Positions 1-8,983 of a stretch of DNA of 64,000 nucleotides are shown here, in pieces. The notes under the pieces are model-generated. The model saw nothing but the letters and a program-made list of their open reading frames with translations, made no database searches and was not told the origin of the DNA. Both the position numbers and the translations under genes were made by a program. Source of the DNA: Candidatus Multivoradales bacterium (GTDB lineage Bacteria > Acidobacteriota > Thermoanaerobaculia > Multivoradales > J023); NCBI GenBank assembly GCA_965248925.1, contig CBDFLE010000006.1, positions 640,001-704,000 on the forward strand. Direction: 5' to 3'. Within the stretch, counting starts at the first letter, position 1. The number at the start of each line of letters is the position of its first letter.

Positions 1-1449
1 CGGCGGCCCGCCCTGGAACAGGTAAGCCAGTAGATAGAGCGGATCGGCGATGTTCAAGCTGCCATCGCAGTTGACATCGCCCGGCAAGAAGGGGCACTCA
101 TCGGCCCCGATGTCGACTCTCGCCACCCCGTCGTTGTCACTGTCGGACCAGCGCGGGTCGCACTCGAAGTCCAGAGCACCCGGAGGTGGTGCCAGCGAAC
201 CAGCGTCGAGAGTCGGCGAATCGACGGTTTGCCGGTAATCCCCAATCAGTGGCGCAGCGAAGGCCGGATCGGCGTTGATCATTCCGGCCCCGACCACCAC
301 CGTGCCGAGGAATCCAGCCGGGTCGACATCGCTGAAGCTCGCCGAGACGGCGAAGCCCGCCGCAACAGAGATCTCGTCTCCGCCCATCACCGCGGAGTCA
401 TTCCACAGGATCGAACTCTCCACCGTCGCACTGCTGTCACTGATCGACAGAGCACCGCCAAAGAAGCCGGCCGAGTTATCGCTGAAGGTCGACTCGCGGA
501 TCGTCACCGTGCCGCTACCACTGCCGATCACCGCCATGCCACCGCCGGAGGAACCCGCCGAGTTGCCGGTCAACATCGTGCTTCGCACAGTCAGAGCATC
601 ACCCAACACGCGCCCCAAGATGCCACCGCCGCCGCTACCGGCCTGGTTGTCGGCGATGGTGCTCTCATGAATCTGGTAACCGGCGCCGAGTGGGAAGCTG
701 AACTCCACCCCGCCACCTTCACCGCTGGCGATATTGCCCAACAGCTGGCTCTTGAACAACGTCATCTCGGCCTCGATCACGTACAGTCCAGCGCCATCGG
801 CGGCCTGGTTCAGGCGCAGCTCGCTACCCTCTATCAGGTGGCTACCTCCCTCGATCCAAACACCGCCACCGTCACCTCCGGCGGTGTTGAAGCTTATGTC
901 ACTGTCGCTGATCGTCAGATCGCTGAAAGCCGCCAGAATGCCGCCGCCGGAGCCGCTCGCGCTGTTGTTGGTAATCAACGTACTGTCGATCACCATGCCG
1001 GCGGCCTGCTGCACCCAGACGCCACCGCCATTACCGACACCACTGGCCACGTTATTGGTGATCGCACAGGCCTCGATCGTCACATTCGGGGTGAAGACGC
1101 CGACCCCACCACCCGAGGATTCCAAGCCATCGGTGAAGGTGAAACCACGAATTGTCGTGCCGGCGGCCCTGGCCAGGGTCAGAACGCGACCTGTTCCGCT
1201 GGCGTCGACGATCGTCTGGTTGCGACCACCGGTGCTATCCAGGGTGATGGACTTGTCGAAGATCACCAGGGTCTCGAAATAGGTACCTGGGCTGACCAGC
1301 ACGGTATCGCCACTGCTCGCGTCGTCAATCCCATCTTGGATGGTCGGCGCGCTCAGCGAGGGTACGATGATCGTCGTCTGTGCGCCGGCGGTCGACGCCA
1401 GCGAAGAGACAAGCAAGAAAAGGCCGGTGATAAACGGGATTCTGCGCAT
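1..1449 (-). CDS. Secreted right-handed beta-helix (pectin-lyase-like/polymorphic repeat) protein with C-terminal dockerin-like domain; runs off left edge
   Basis: Not in ORF track (no stop inside window). Manual translation from ATG 1449 with GGAG RBS: signal peptide MRRIPFITGLFLLVSSLASTAGA, then PTIQDGIDDASSGDTVLVSPGTY, repeated NxAxxxGGG motifs, DIGADE, then GDVNCDGSLNIADPLYLLAYLFQGGPP. Confidence 0.85.
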   Translation of the reverse strand, partial: MRRIPFITGLFLLVSSLASTAGAQTTIIVPSLSAPTIQDGIDDASSGDTVLVSPGTYFETLVIFDKSITLDSTGGRNQTIVDASGTGRVLTLARAAGTTIRGFTFTDGLESSGGGVGVFTPNVTIEACAITNNVASGVGNGGGVWVQQAAGMVIDSTLITNNSASGSGGGILAAFSDLTISDSDISFNTAGGDGGGVWIEGGSHLIEGSELRLNQAADGAGLYVIEAEMTLFKSQLLGNIASGEGGGVEFSFPLGAGYQIHESTIADNQAGSGGGGILGRVLGDALTVRSTMLTGNSAGSSGGGMAVIGSGSGTVTIRESTFSDNSAGFFGGALSISDSSATVESSILWNDSAVMGGDEISVAAGFAVSASFSDVDPAGFLGTVVVGAGMINADPAFAAPLIGDYRQTVDSPTLDAGSLAPPPGALDFECDPRWSDSDNDGVARVDIGADECPFLPGDVNCDGSLNIADPLYLLAYLFQGGPP

Positions 1450-1734
1450 GGTTCTTCTCCCGCGACGCTCGTTCAGGAGCGGTCGCTGTGGTTCTCGGCG
1501 AGAAGCCGAGACATTTGCCAACGAATATCTGGCTGCGCAGCACACCAGGCGGAAGTACATCTCCCGCGGCCTGTCTCCCCACTGGTCAGCAGCGAGGATC
1601 TCGGCTTCATCAGGAGACGCGACAAAGGGACGCAGAGTCACCAGAAGGGAATCCTGGCGGGGTGCCGGGGAGAGGAACCTCAGCTGCCGCCGTCCGCCAC
1701 CAAGGAAAGGCCCGCGGCTCTCTGTGCCTGGTAC

Positions 1735-1865
1735 CGCGGCAGCGAGAAATCAAAACACATCGCCCACCTAGAGAAAGAGCTGGGTCGCCGCGCGCAAGTG
1801 ATCGGCGAGCTGTCGATCGCCAACGGCCTTTTAAGAAAACTTCAGGAGTACCAACGAGCTTTGGC
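1735..1865 (+). pseudogene. Possible IS3-like transposase OrfA C-terminal remnant
   Basis: IAHLEKELGRRAQVIGELSIANGLLRKLQ resembles the OrfA coiled-coil tail; no intact transposase or clear terminal repeats. Confidence 0.25.
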
Positions 1866-2279
1866 AGGCGGATGTGACCTACATCCACATCCCTGGCGTC
1901 GGCTGGTGGTACGCGGTGACGGTGATCGACTACTCAAGGTTGGGCGAAGACGGCGAAAAAGAAAATCGATACCATGTTAGGTGGGGACGACCAGCGAAAG
2001 GTCGCCTGAAGACAGGACCGGTAGGGTAAGAAAAGCGACGTTCACACAAAACACGCCCTTTTGGCTCCAACCGAACTGCGTGGCAGGACAGTGGAAAATC
2101 CCACCTCACGCCGCTGATACTCGCTGGTCTTAAAATCACTTCACCGTCTAGGCTGGCCCTTCGCCGGGTCTTCCCGGTGGCTCAGAGCCCGCAGCAGAAT
2201 CCAGGTGCAAAGCGAAACCGTACCGCGCTTTGGCTGGCTCATTGAGGTCAGCTTCAGGCACTACAGACACTCACCACAC

Positions 2280-2876
2280 TCAGCCGTCGCCGATTTGATC
2301 GTAGAGAAAAGCCCGTGCCAGGCGGGCTTCATTGACCACCGTGGCGGTCGAGACTTCGAGCACCTGGGCGGTCTCGGCCAAAGTCAGTCCGCCGAAGAAG
2401 CGCAGTTCGAGGATGCGCGCCTTGCGTGGGTCAAGCTGGGTCAGGTTGGTGAGGGCGGCATCCAGCGCTAGCAGATCGGCGGCTCGATCCGGCGAGAAGA
2501 TCGCGGTTTCGTCCTGCAACGGCACCCGCACCGCGCTACCTCCCCGCTTGATCGCCCGATAGGCACGCGCGTGGTCGACCAGCAGGCGGCGCATCAGCTG
2601 CGCCGCCACGGCGTAGAAATGCACCCGATCGTGCCATCGCGGATGGGTCTTGTTGACTAGGCGGATGTAGGCCTCGTGGACTAGCGCGGTGGCTTGCAAG
2701 GTGTGGTCGCTACGTTCGCGACGCAAGTAACTCGCCGCCAACCGGCGGAGTTCGGAGTAGACCAACGGCAGGAGCTCGTCCAGCGCTCCATGGTCACCGT
2801 CACGCCAGGCGTGGAGCAGATGGGTGACCTCATTGGGCAACGGCGATTTGCTAGGCGGAGTCATGGTGATTGCCAA
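2280..2876 (-). CDS. ECF sigma factor, TIGR02999/ECF43-like (orphan, no adjacent kinase)
   Basis: VTHLLHAW, LLPLVYSELRRLA, HTLQATALVHEAY, ELRFFGGLT motifs. Confidence 0.92.
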   Translation of the reverse strand: MAITMTPPSKSPLPNEVTHLLHAWRDGDHGALDELLPLVYSELRRLAASYLRRERSDHTLQATALVHEAYIRLVNKTHPRWHDRVHFYAVAAQLMRRLLVDHARAYRAIKRGGSAVRVPLQDETAIFSPDRAADLLALDAALTNLTQLDPRKARILELRFFGGLTLAETAQVLEVSTATVVNEARLARAFLYDQIGDG

Positions 2877-2894
2877 TTCTATCCTCTTCAGCGG

Positions 2895-2922
2895 GGAACT
2901 TTACTCAGCTTGATTGCGTCAA
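2895..2922 (+). promoter_or_regulatory. RpoE/ECF-type promoter GGAACTT-N16-GTCAA
   Basis: Close match to the sigmaE consensus about 70 nt upstream of the 2994 ORF. Confidence 0.6.
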
Positions 2923-2993
2923 CCGATGCAAGAGCCCATCCACCCGTTGAACCCTTGGGTAGCCGCCCGCAATCAAAGATGCTGGAGAACTCC

Positions 2994-3797
2994 ATGCCGC
3001 GAAATATCTCGATGCTCACTAAGACCTCGGTGCAACTCGTCATCGGCCTGTTCCTGGGCCTCGCTGTGGTGCTGGTGTGCGAGGCTACCCTGGGCAACCT
3101 CGACCTGGGCACCGGCACCTTGGTTCACAGCATTGGCAACACCACCATAGTGCGGATCTCGGACCCCGCCGGGAGACTCGAAATCCGCTTACGAGGCGAT
3201 GTCGAGATGCTCGCGGATGGCCGCGGCGTGGCCCGTATCGGGCCCGGATCTCAACTGCGGCTGAGCCACAAAACCGCCGCTGGGCGGCGCCGACTGGAAG
3301 TGGTGCGGAACAGCGACGGCCAACCCGAATACAACTATCGACAAGGTCACCGCAAGGCTACTTTCGATGCCGCGGCCCGAGCCTGGCTGACGGATTCCAT
3401 GGTCCATTTCTACCGTGCCAGTGGTGTCGACAGCGAGCGCCGGGTAGCCCTCCTGCTGGCCAGCGGCGGACCACCCGCGGTGCTCGCTGAGGTGCTGGCG
3501 ATCGCCGGCGATCGGGTCCAGGGGATCTACTTGCTCGAACTCTTGCAGCAGAGCAACCAACCGACCACCACCGCCCAAGTGCTCAACTGCGCAATTCGCG
3601 AGATAGGTTCGAACTACGGAACTCGACGCTTACTGTGGCAAGTCGACAGCCAACAGTTGACCAACCCCGGAGTCCGCGACGCATACCGGCGTCTGGCTCT
3701 GGCAACAGGCTCGGACTATGAAATCCGACATGCCACCGAGGCCCTCGCCACGGTAGCCGAGCATCCTCTCGAACCCGTTCCTCAGGGCAACCCATAG
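2994..3797 (+). CDS. Hypothetical membrane-anchored/exported protein
   Basis: GGAGA RBS before ATG 2994; N-terminal hydrophobic helix, beta-rich middle, helical C-terminus. Confidence 0.7.
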   Translation: MPRNISMLTKTSVQLVIGLFLGLAVVLVCEATLGNLDLGTGTLVHSIGNTTIVRISDPAGRLEIRLRGDVEMLADGRGVARIGPGSQLRLSHKTAAGRRRLEVVRNSDGQPEYNYRQGHRKATFDAAARAWLTDSMVHFYRASGVDSERRVALLLASGGPPAVLAEVLAIAGDRVQGIYLLELLQQSNQPTTTAQVLNCAIREIGSNYGTRRLLWQVDSQQLTNPGVRDAYRRLALATGSDYEIRHATEALATVAEHPLEPVPQGNP

Positions 3798-4714
3798 CGT
3801 CTGCGCTTCTCCCACAGTGCCTTGCGGCTGATACCTAAAACCTCGGCGGCCTGCCCTTGGTGACCGCGAGTATAGGCCAGCGCGCGGCGAATCTGCAGCT
3901 TCTCGCTCTCAGCCAGCGATACCGGGCGGGCAATATGTTCACCATCTCTGGGCGGCGCCGGATCCAACACCTCACCTCTGTGAGAGATCAGCTCGCGCTC
4001 CAACAAATTGCGCAGCTGGCGCAGATTCCCCGGCCAGGAGTAGCGCTCCATCCAGCGCTGAGCCGCCGCCGAGAGGCGCGGCAGCGGACGGGCGAATCGA
4101 GACGCCAAGTCGGCCAGTAGGAACTCGGAGATACCAGCTAGGTCAGCTCGGCGTCGACGCAGAGGAGGCAGGTGGAACGCCAACACTTCGAGGCGGTAAA
4201 AGAGATCTTGGCGAAAGGCGCCACCCTCGACCCGCAGCTGCAGATCGACGCTGGCAACGCTCAAGAAACGGACATCTGCAAGGCGTTCTTCGCCCCCCAA
4301 GGGGGCGTAGTGCCCTTCTGCCAGCAAACGCAGCAGCTTGGGCTGTAGGTTCAGTGGTAACTCCTCGACATGGTCCAGCACCAGGCTACCGCCCGACGCC
4401 AACTCAACCCGACCCCGACGGCCGCTCTCAGCGCCGGTGAAGGCACCAGCGAGGTGGCCGAACAACTCACTCTCGAACAGGGTTGGTGGCACCACCCCGA
4501 CATCGAACTCGACCAGCGGTGCCGCTGCCCGACGGCTCGCCGCGTGCAGCGCCCGCACCAGCGTCGAGCGGCCGCTGCCGGGCTCTCCGAGAATCAGAAT
4601 GGGTGCGTTGCTACGGGCTGCGCGGCGTATCCCATACAGCGGATCGGCCAGCGAAGGAGACGCCGCCAGTAGCTCATCGAGAGCAGCAGCCGACGGCGAG
4701 CCGCTTTCATCCAC
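3782..4714 (-). CDS. Sigma-54-dependent activator-like protein (AAA+ and Fis HTH, no N-terminal regulatory domain)
   Basis: ESELFGH, GAFTGA, QPKLLR, FRQDLFYRL, WPGNLRQL and C-terminal HTH AAEVLGISRKALW. Confidence 0.9.
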   Translation of the reverse strand: MDESGSPSAAALDELLAASPSLADPLYGIRRAARSNAPILILGEPGSGRSTLVRALHAASRRAAAPLVEFDVGVVPPTLFESELFGHLAGAFTGAESGRRGRVELASGGSLVLDHVEELPLNLQPKLLRLLAEGHYAPLGGEERLADVRFLSVASVDLQLRVEGGAFRQDLFYRLEVLAFHLPPLRRRRADLAGISEFLLADLASRFARPLPRLSAAAQRWMERYSWPGNLRQLRNLLERELISHRGEVLDPAPPRDGEHIARPVSLAESEKLQIRRALAYTRGHQGQAAEVLGISRKALWEKRRRYGLP

Positions 4715-5096
4715 CTGCCGACCCGGCGAACTCGGCGGTCAGGTCCGGAGCGTCCGACCACAGCCGTTCCAAATCGTAGAAATGCCGCGTTTCGTCTAGA
4801 AACACATGCACCACTAGATCACCGCCATAGTCGAGCAACACCCAGGTGCCGCGGTCGAGACCTTCGACATGCAAAGGCCGCACTCCGGCATCGCGCAGCT
4901 GCGCGAGAATTGCTTCGGCGATGGCTTGCACTTGGCGCTCGTTGTTGCCGCTACAGATCATGAAGCGATCGGTGAAATCGCTGATCTTGGCAAGATCGAG
5001 CACCCGCAGGTCGCGGGCCTTGCGGTCCGCCGCCGCGGCGGCGGCCAGTTGTATCTGGGTTTGGAGATCAGGGCGCTCATTAAGTCGCGGATTCAT
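4707..5096 (-). CDS. rsfS: Ribosome silencing factor
   Basis: DFTDRFMICSG..RQVQAIA, WVLLDYG, R.FYDLERLW; canonical position after nadD. Confidence 0.95.
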   Translation of the reverse strand: MNPRLNERPDLQTQIQLAAAAAADRKARDLRVLDLAKISDFTDRFMICSGNNERQVQAIAEAILAQLRDAGVRPLHVEGLDRGTWVLLDYGGDLVVHVFLDETRHFYDLERLWSDAPDLTAEFAGSAGG

Positions 5097-5163
5097 AGGC
5101 TAGCGGGTTCTCTTCAGGAGATGTTCAGGGCGGGAATTCAGGGCTGCAGACTTCCGGCAAGGC

Positions 5164-5787
5164 TCAAACAGCAGACGTGGCTCGATAGAGATCGTACTTG
5201 CGCAAGTAGTCTAGCACCGCTGGCGCCAAGGCTCCGGCCGGTGGTCGCCGACCTGCCTCCAGCGCTCGGCGTAGCTGGGAGGCCGCTAGGTCGACCAGTG
5301 GATTGCCGAGCCACTGAACCTGGGCGGCATCTAGGGCGCCTCGCAACTCACCACTTAACACGGCCTCGACCTTGGATCTCTCCCAGCCCGGCCTCGCCAG
5401 CACCGCCAAGGCGACCTCATCGACCAATGCTCGCCACTCATGCCAATGATCGAGCTGGGCCAGAGAATCGGCGCCGATCAGCAAACTCAACTCTGCGCGT
5501 GGCCACAGGCGATGAAAGTGTCGCACGGTGTTGAGAGTGTAGGTCGGCCCTTGGCGCAACAGCTCAAAAGACGACACCCGCAGCTCCGCATAAGGCAACA
5601 AAGCCAGCTCGACCATCGCAAAGCGAGCCAGTGCTGGCGCCATTTGCTGCCCGACCTTGTGTGGCGGATGGGCGGTCGGCAGGAAGATCACTCGGTCGAG
5701 TCCCAACTCGCGCAGCGCCGCTCGCGGCGCCGAGACATGGCCGCGATGAATCGGATCGAAGCTACCGCCATAGAGCCCGATCTTCAT
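5164..5787 (-). CDS. nadD: Nicotinate-nucleotide adenylyltransferase
   Basis: GGSFDPIHRGH, PPHK, IGADSL..W; obgE-nadD-rsfS synteny. Confidence 0.95.
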   Translation of the reverse strand: MKIGLYGGSFDPIHRGHVSAPRAALRELGLDRVIFLPTAHPPHKVGQQMAPALARFAMVELALLPYAELRVSSFELLRQGPTYTLNTVRHFHRLWPRAELSLLIGADSLAQLDHWHEWRALVDEVALAVLARPGWERSKVEAVLSGELRGALDAAQVQWLGNPLVDLAASQLRRALEAGRRPPAGALAPAVLDYLRKYDLYRATSAV

Positions 5788-6803
5788 CCGTCAGCCTCAG
5801 CCTTCCGTCCTGCGGCCAGCAGCTGACGCAAAGCGCCGGTCAGCTCACCCAGACCGCTGCGGGTTGCAGAGCTGATCAGCAACAAGGGAACACCGCGTCG
5901 CTTCGCCAGCTCGATCAGTGCCGTCCGACGTTCGTCCAGCGCAGCGTCGGTCTTGCTACCAACCAGCAGAGAAGGGCGCTCGAGCAGCGCCGCATCGAAA
6001 GCGCGCAGTTCCCCCTCGATAGTCTCCACCGCCTCGACCACGTCGATCTCTGGAGTCGCCAGGTCGACCAGATGCACCAGCACGCGGCAGCGCTCGACGT
6101 GGCGCAGGAACTGGAACCCTAGACCGCTGCCCTCGGACGCCCCGGCGATCAACCCCGGCAGGTCGGCGATAACAAAAGTGTCTTCCCACTCGCGGCTATC
6201 GGCCACCACTCCAAGCTGCGGTACCAAAGTGGTGAACGGATAGTCCGCAACCTTCGGGCGGGCCGCTGAGAGGGCGGCGATCAGAGTTGACTTACCGGCA
6301 TTCGGTAGGCCCACCAGACCAACATCGGCGAGCAACTTGAGTTCCAGCCGCAAGGAACGCTCCTCGCCGTCTTCGCCAGGCTGGGCATAGCGTGGAGCCC
6401 GTCGGGTGGCGGTGGCGAAGCGGGCGTTGCCCCGCCCCCCCCGGCCACCGGCAGCCACTCGCAAGCGCTCGCCGTCCGCTAGCAACTCGCCCAGCAGCTC
6501 GCCGCTTTCGCTATGCCGAACGATGGTTCCGATCGGCACCGTCACCAGGCGGTCCTCGCCACTGCGCCCGGTGCGGTTGGAGCCCTCGCCATGGCGCCCG
6601 CGAGGAGCGGCAAAGCGTGGCTGATGGCGCAGGTGGTGAAGGGTGTTGAGTCGTTCGTCAGCGACCAAGAACACTGTGCCGCCATGACCACCGTCACCAC
6701 CCGACGGACCACCGCGCGGGACGAATTTCTCGCGCCGGAAAGCCACGCAACCGGCGCCGCCGTCGCCGCCGACGACATGGATAGATGCTTCGTCGATAAA
6801 CAA
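5784..6803 (-). CDS. obgE: GTPase ObgE/CgtA
   Basis: FIDEA, FRREKFVPRGGPSGGDGG, GLPNAGKST, DYPFTT, DLPGLI; probable TTG start at 6803. Confidence 0.97.
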   Translation of the reverse strand: MFIDEASIHVVGGDGGAGCVAFRREKFVPRGGPSGGDGGHGGTVFLVADERLNTLHHLRHQPRFAAPRGRHGEGSNRTGRSGEDRLVTVPIGTIVRHSESGELLGELLADGERLRVAAGGRGGRGNARFATATRRAPRYAQPGEDGEERSLRLELKLLADVGLVGLPNAGKSTLIAALSAARPKVADYPFTTLVPQLGVVADSREWEDTFVIADLPGLIAGASEGSGLGFQFLRHVERCRVLVHLVDLATPEIDVVEAVETIEGELRAFDAALLERPSLLVGSKTDAALDERRTALIELAKRRGVPLLLISSATRSGLGELTGALRQLLAAGRKAEADG

Positions 6804-6828
6804 ATCGAAGACCTCGCAAGCCGATACC

Positions 6829-6853
6829 AAAAAAGCCGCCCGCAGGCGGCCTT
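6829..6853 (-). terminator. Intrinsic terminator-like hairpin after rpmA
   Basis: Minus strand GCCGCC-TGCG-GGCGGC followed by TTTTTT. Confidence 0.7.
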
Positions 6854-6881
6854 CAAGGGAATGCTGAGGGGCGTGCTCTAC

Positions 6882-7139
6882 CTACTCGGCCGGCAGAATG
6901 TGGATGAATTTGCCCCGCCGGCCGCGATTCTGAAACTCGACCACGCCATCGACCAGCGCGAACAGGGTGTCATCCTTGCCGCGGCCAACGTTGCGACCGG
7001 GAAAGAACTTGGTGCCCCGCTGGCGAACCAGGATCGAGCCGCCGGTAACCTCCTGCCCGCCGAAGCGCTTGACGCCTAGGCGCTGCGCGTTCGAATCTCT
7101 ACCGTTACGGGTCGAGCCCTGACCTTTCTTATGAGCCAT
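6882..7139 (-). CDS. rpmA: 50S ribosomal protein L27
   Basis: [28 protein letters not shown]. Confidence 0.99.
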   Translation of the reverse strand: MAHKKGQGSTRNGRDSNAQRLGVKRFGGQEVTGGSILVRQRGTKFFPGRNVGRGKDDTLFALVDGVVEFQNRGRRGKFIHILPAE

Positions 7140-7164
7140 CTGGGATATCTCCTCTCACCGTCAC

Positions 7165-7479
7165 TCAGGCTTGAATGTTCTCGATCCGCACCCGCAGCAG
7201 ATCCTGCCGGTGGCCGTTCTTGCGGCGGTAGCCCTTGCGTCGTTTCTTCTTGAAAACAAGGATCTTAGGGGCACGGATGTCAGCCACCCGAACAGCGGCC
7301 ACCTCGGCTCCAGAGAGCACCGGGTCACCCACTTTGACATCTCCTTCGCCACCGACCATCAACACACGATCGAAGATCACTTTATCTTCGTCGCCCGTGG
7401 CAGGCAGAAGCTCGACGTCAATCACGTCACCCGGCTCGACCCGGTATTGCTTTCCACCAGTTTCGATCACTGCGTACAT
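7165..7479 (-). CDS. rplU: 50S ribosomal protein L21
   Basis: MYAVIETGGKQYRV...KKKRRKGYRRKNGHRQ. Confidence 0.99.
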   Translation of the reverse strand: MYAVIETGGKQYRVEPGDVIDVELLPATGDEDKVIFDRVLMVGGEGDVKVGDPVLSGAEVAAVRVADIRAPKILVFKKKRRKGYRRKNGHRQDLLRVRIENIQA

Positions 7480-7754
7480 GCTACTTCTCCAAACGCTGGT
7501 TCGCCCGGCCACTCCCTGGCGGCATCGCTGATCGCGATTCGGGCGGATGCTGGTTGCGCCGTCATGCTTCTCGGTGCAAGGCGGGTCAGGGACCCCGATC
7601 CGGGCGCACGAATCTCATGCACCAGACGGCGAAAGCGGAACTTACCACGGCCACAGAACCCCGGTCAACGAAGATCCGCTATCATCGGCCCACCGAGTCG
7701 GCGGCATGCATCTGACCGCCATCGGCCACCCGTCCGACCCTAGGAGGCGAACCC

Positions 7755-7928
7755 TTGAGCGAGGGCCCCGACTATCTGATCTGCCTGGAATGCGAGACTC
7801 CGTGCTACACCTTCGAGTGGAAATTCGGCGATGTCATCGCGGCCCAATGCCTGGTCTGCGGCAGCGAAGACGTCGATAGCTTCATGATCGAAGAAGACTA
7901 CGAAGTAATGAGCACGATGGACCACTGA
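7755..7928 (+). CDS. Small acidic zinc-ribbon protein (57 aa), below the ORF track cutoff
   Basis: AGGAGG RBS then TTG; MSEGPDYLICLECETPCYTFEWKFGDVIAAQCLVCGSEDVDSFMIEEDYEVMSTMDH with two CxxC pairs. Confidence 0.75.
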   Translation: MSEGPDYLICLECETPCYTFEWKFGDVIAAQCLVCGSEDVDSFMIEEDYEVMSTMDH

Positions 7929-8069
7929 GGGCTGCGACGGCTACCGCGCCTGGGGATCGAAGGCTGGTTTCCAGCCGACGGACCTCGTGCTAGACTTGCC
8001 ACCCGAAAGTGGCCGAGGCAGCCAAAGCGCACGACAACGCAACCGCTCTCGCCAACAGACCATTTTGCC

Positions 8070-8555
8070 ATGAATCTCGAAGACCTCCGCACCGTGCATC
8101 CAGTGCTTCAGTTCTGCCCCATTGATTACGCAATGAGCGCGGCTTTGGCGTTGCAGACCGCGGGGCACGAGCCCGTCGTGAGCTTGCAGGTCAACGACCG
8201 GCCTGACGAGACGCTCGAGTGGACCAGCCGGGCCATCGAGGGATCAGCGTGGGATCCCGTACGAACCATTGAGGACGGAGCAGAGGGGGTGGCGCTTCGA
8301 TGGGTGCATCACGATGGCAATTGGGTGGTTTCACGTCGAATGCGTCGTGGTGAACATGCGGATTGGCTGTTACATTTCAGGCAGACATTCCAGGCCCTCG
8401 AGGTCAGCGGTACCGGTACCTCGAGTGAATCCACCGCACGCCTGACAAAGAAGCTGGCACAAGTCAGCCGGTGCCCGCTTCCAGTGAAGCGAATGGCGGT
8501 CGTGGTCTCCTTCGAAGAGCCGGCACTGCAATCGGCAGTCGCGGAGGAGCTGTGA
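8070..8555 (+). CDS. Putative PD-(D/E)xK-like nuclease
   Basis: Helix EDGAEGVAL, then ADWLL and LEVSG (ExS variant of ExK), then RLTKKLAQV helix and AVVVSF strand. Confidence 0.6.
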   Translation: MNLEDLRTVHPVLQFCPIDYAMSAALALQTAGHEPVVSLQVNDRPDETLEWTSRAIEGSAWDPVRTIEDGAEGVALRWVHHDGNWVVSRRMRRGEHADWLLHFRQTFQALEVSGTGTSSESTARLTKKLAQVSRCPLPVKRMAVVVSFEEPALQSAVAEEL

Positions 8556-8983
8556 GTTTCACGGCCCTACAGACCACAGCTATCGAAGCGCTCGTAAGCG
8601 GGGCCATTCTGCGGGCAGAGCTGCTCGACGACGCTGGCCTTGCCACGGCCCGCGATGCCTGGCGGGAGGTGATGGAGTTGGAGGTCGAGCTCAGCAGCAG
8701 GCATCCTGCCGGGTCGGTGCCAGGTGGGGTGGCGCGCGCGGGTGCGGTGCATGCTGCTTTCGCCGCAGGTGCCGATGGGTGGGATCTTGCGGATCGGTTT
8801 CTGGCCGAGCAGGACCTGCCGAAGGAAAGGAGACAAGCGATCACTACGGTGATCGCGGAGCACGAAGAGTGTTACTCTTCACAGTTTCCCCGACTAGCCG
8901 AGATTCACTCTGCCCGAGCCCTAAGTTCCTGGAAGCACGCGCTTGCGCAGGCCCCCTTGGCTCTGTTCCCTGTCGCGGCCTGA
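8552..8983 (+). CDS. Small all-helical (TPR-like) hypothetical protein
   Basis: GGAGGAG RBS; GTG start overlaps the upstream stop (GTGA); amphipathic helical pattern. Confidence 0.7.
   Translation: MSFTALQTTAIEALVSGAILRAELLDDAGLATARDAWREVMELEVELSSRHPAGSVPGGVARAGAVHAAFAAGADGWDLADRFLAEQDLPKERRQAITTVIAEHEECYSSQFPRLAEIHSARALSSWKHALAQAPLALFPVAA

Noticed and set aside
229-1980. 583-aa plus-strand ORF
   Set aside because: Antisense shadow of the minus-strand beta-helix gene; no motifs except a possible IS fragment at its end
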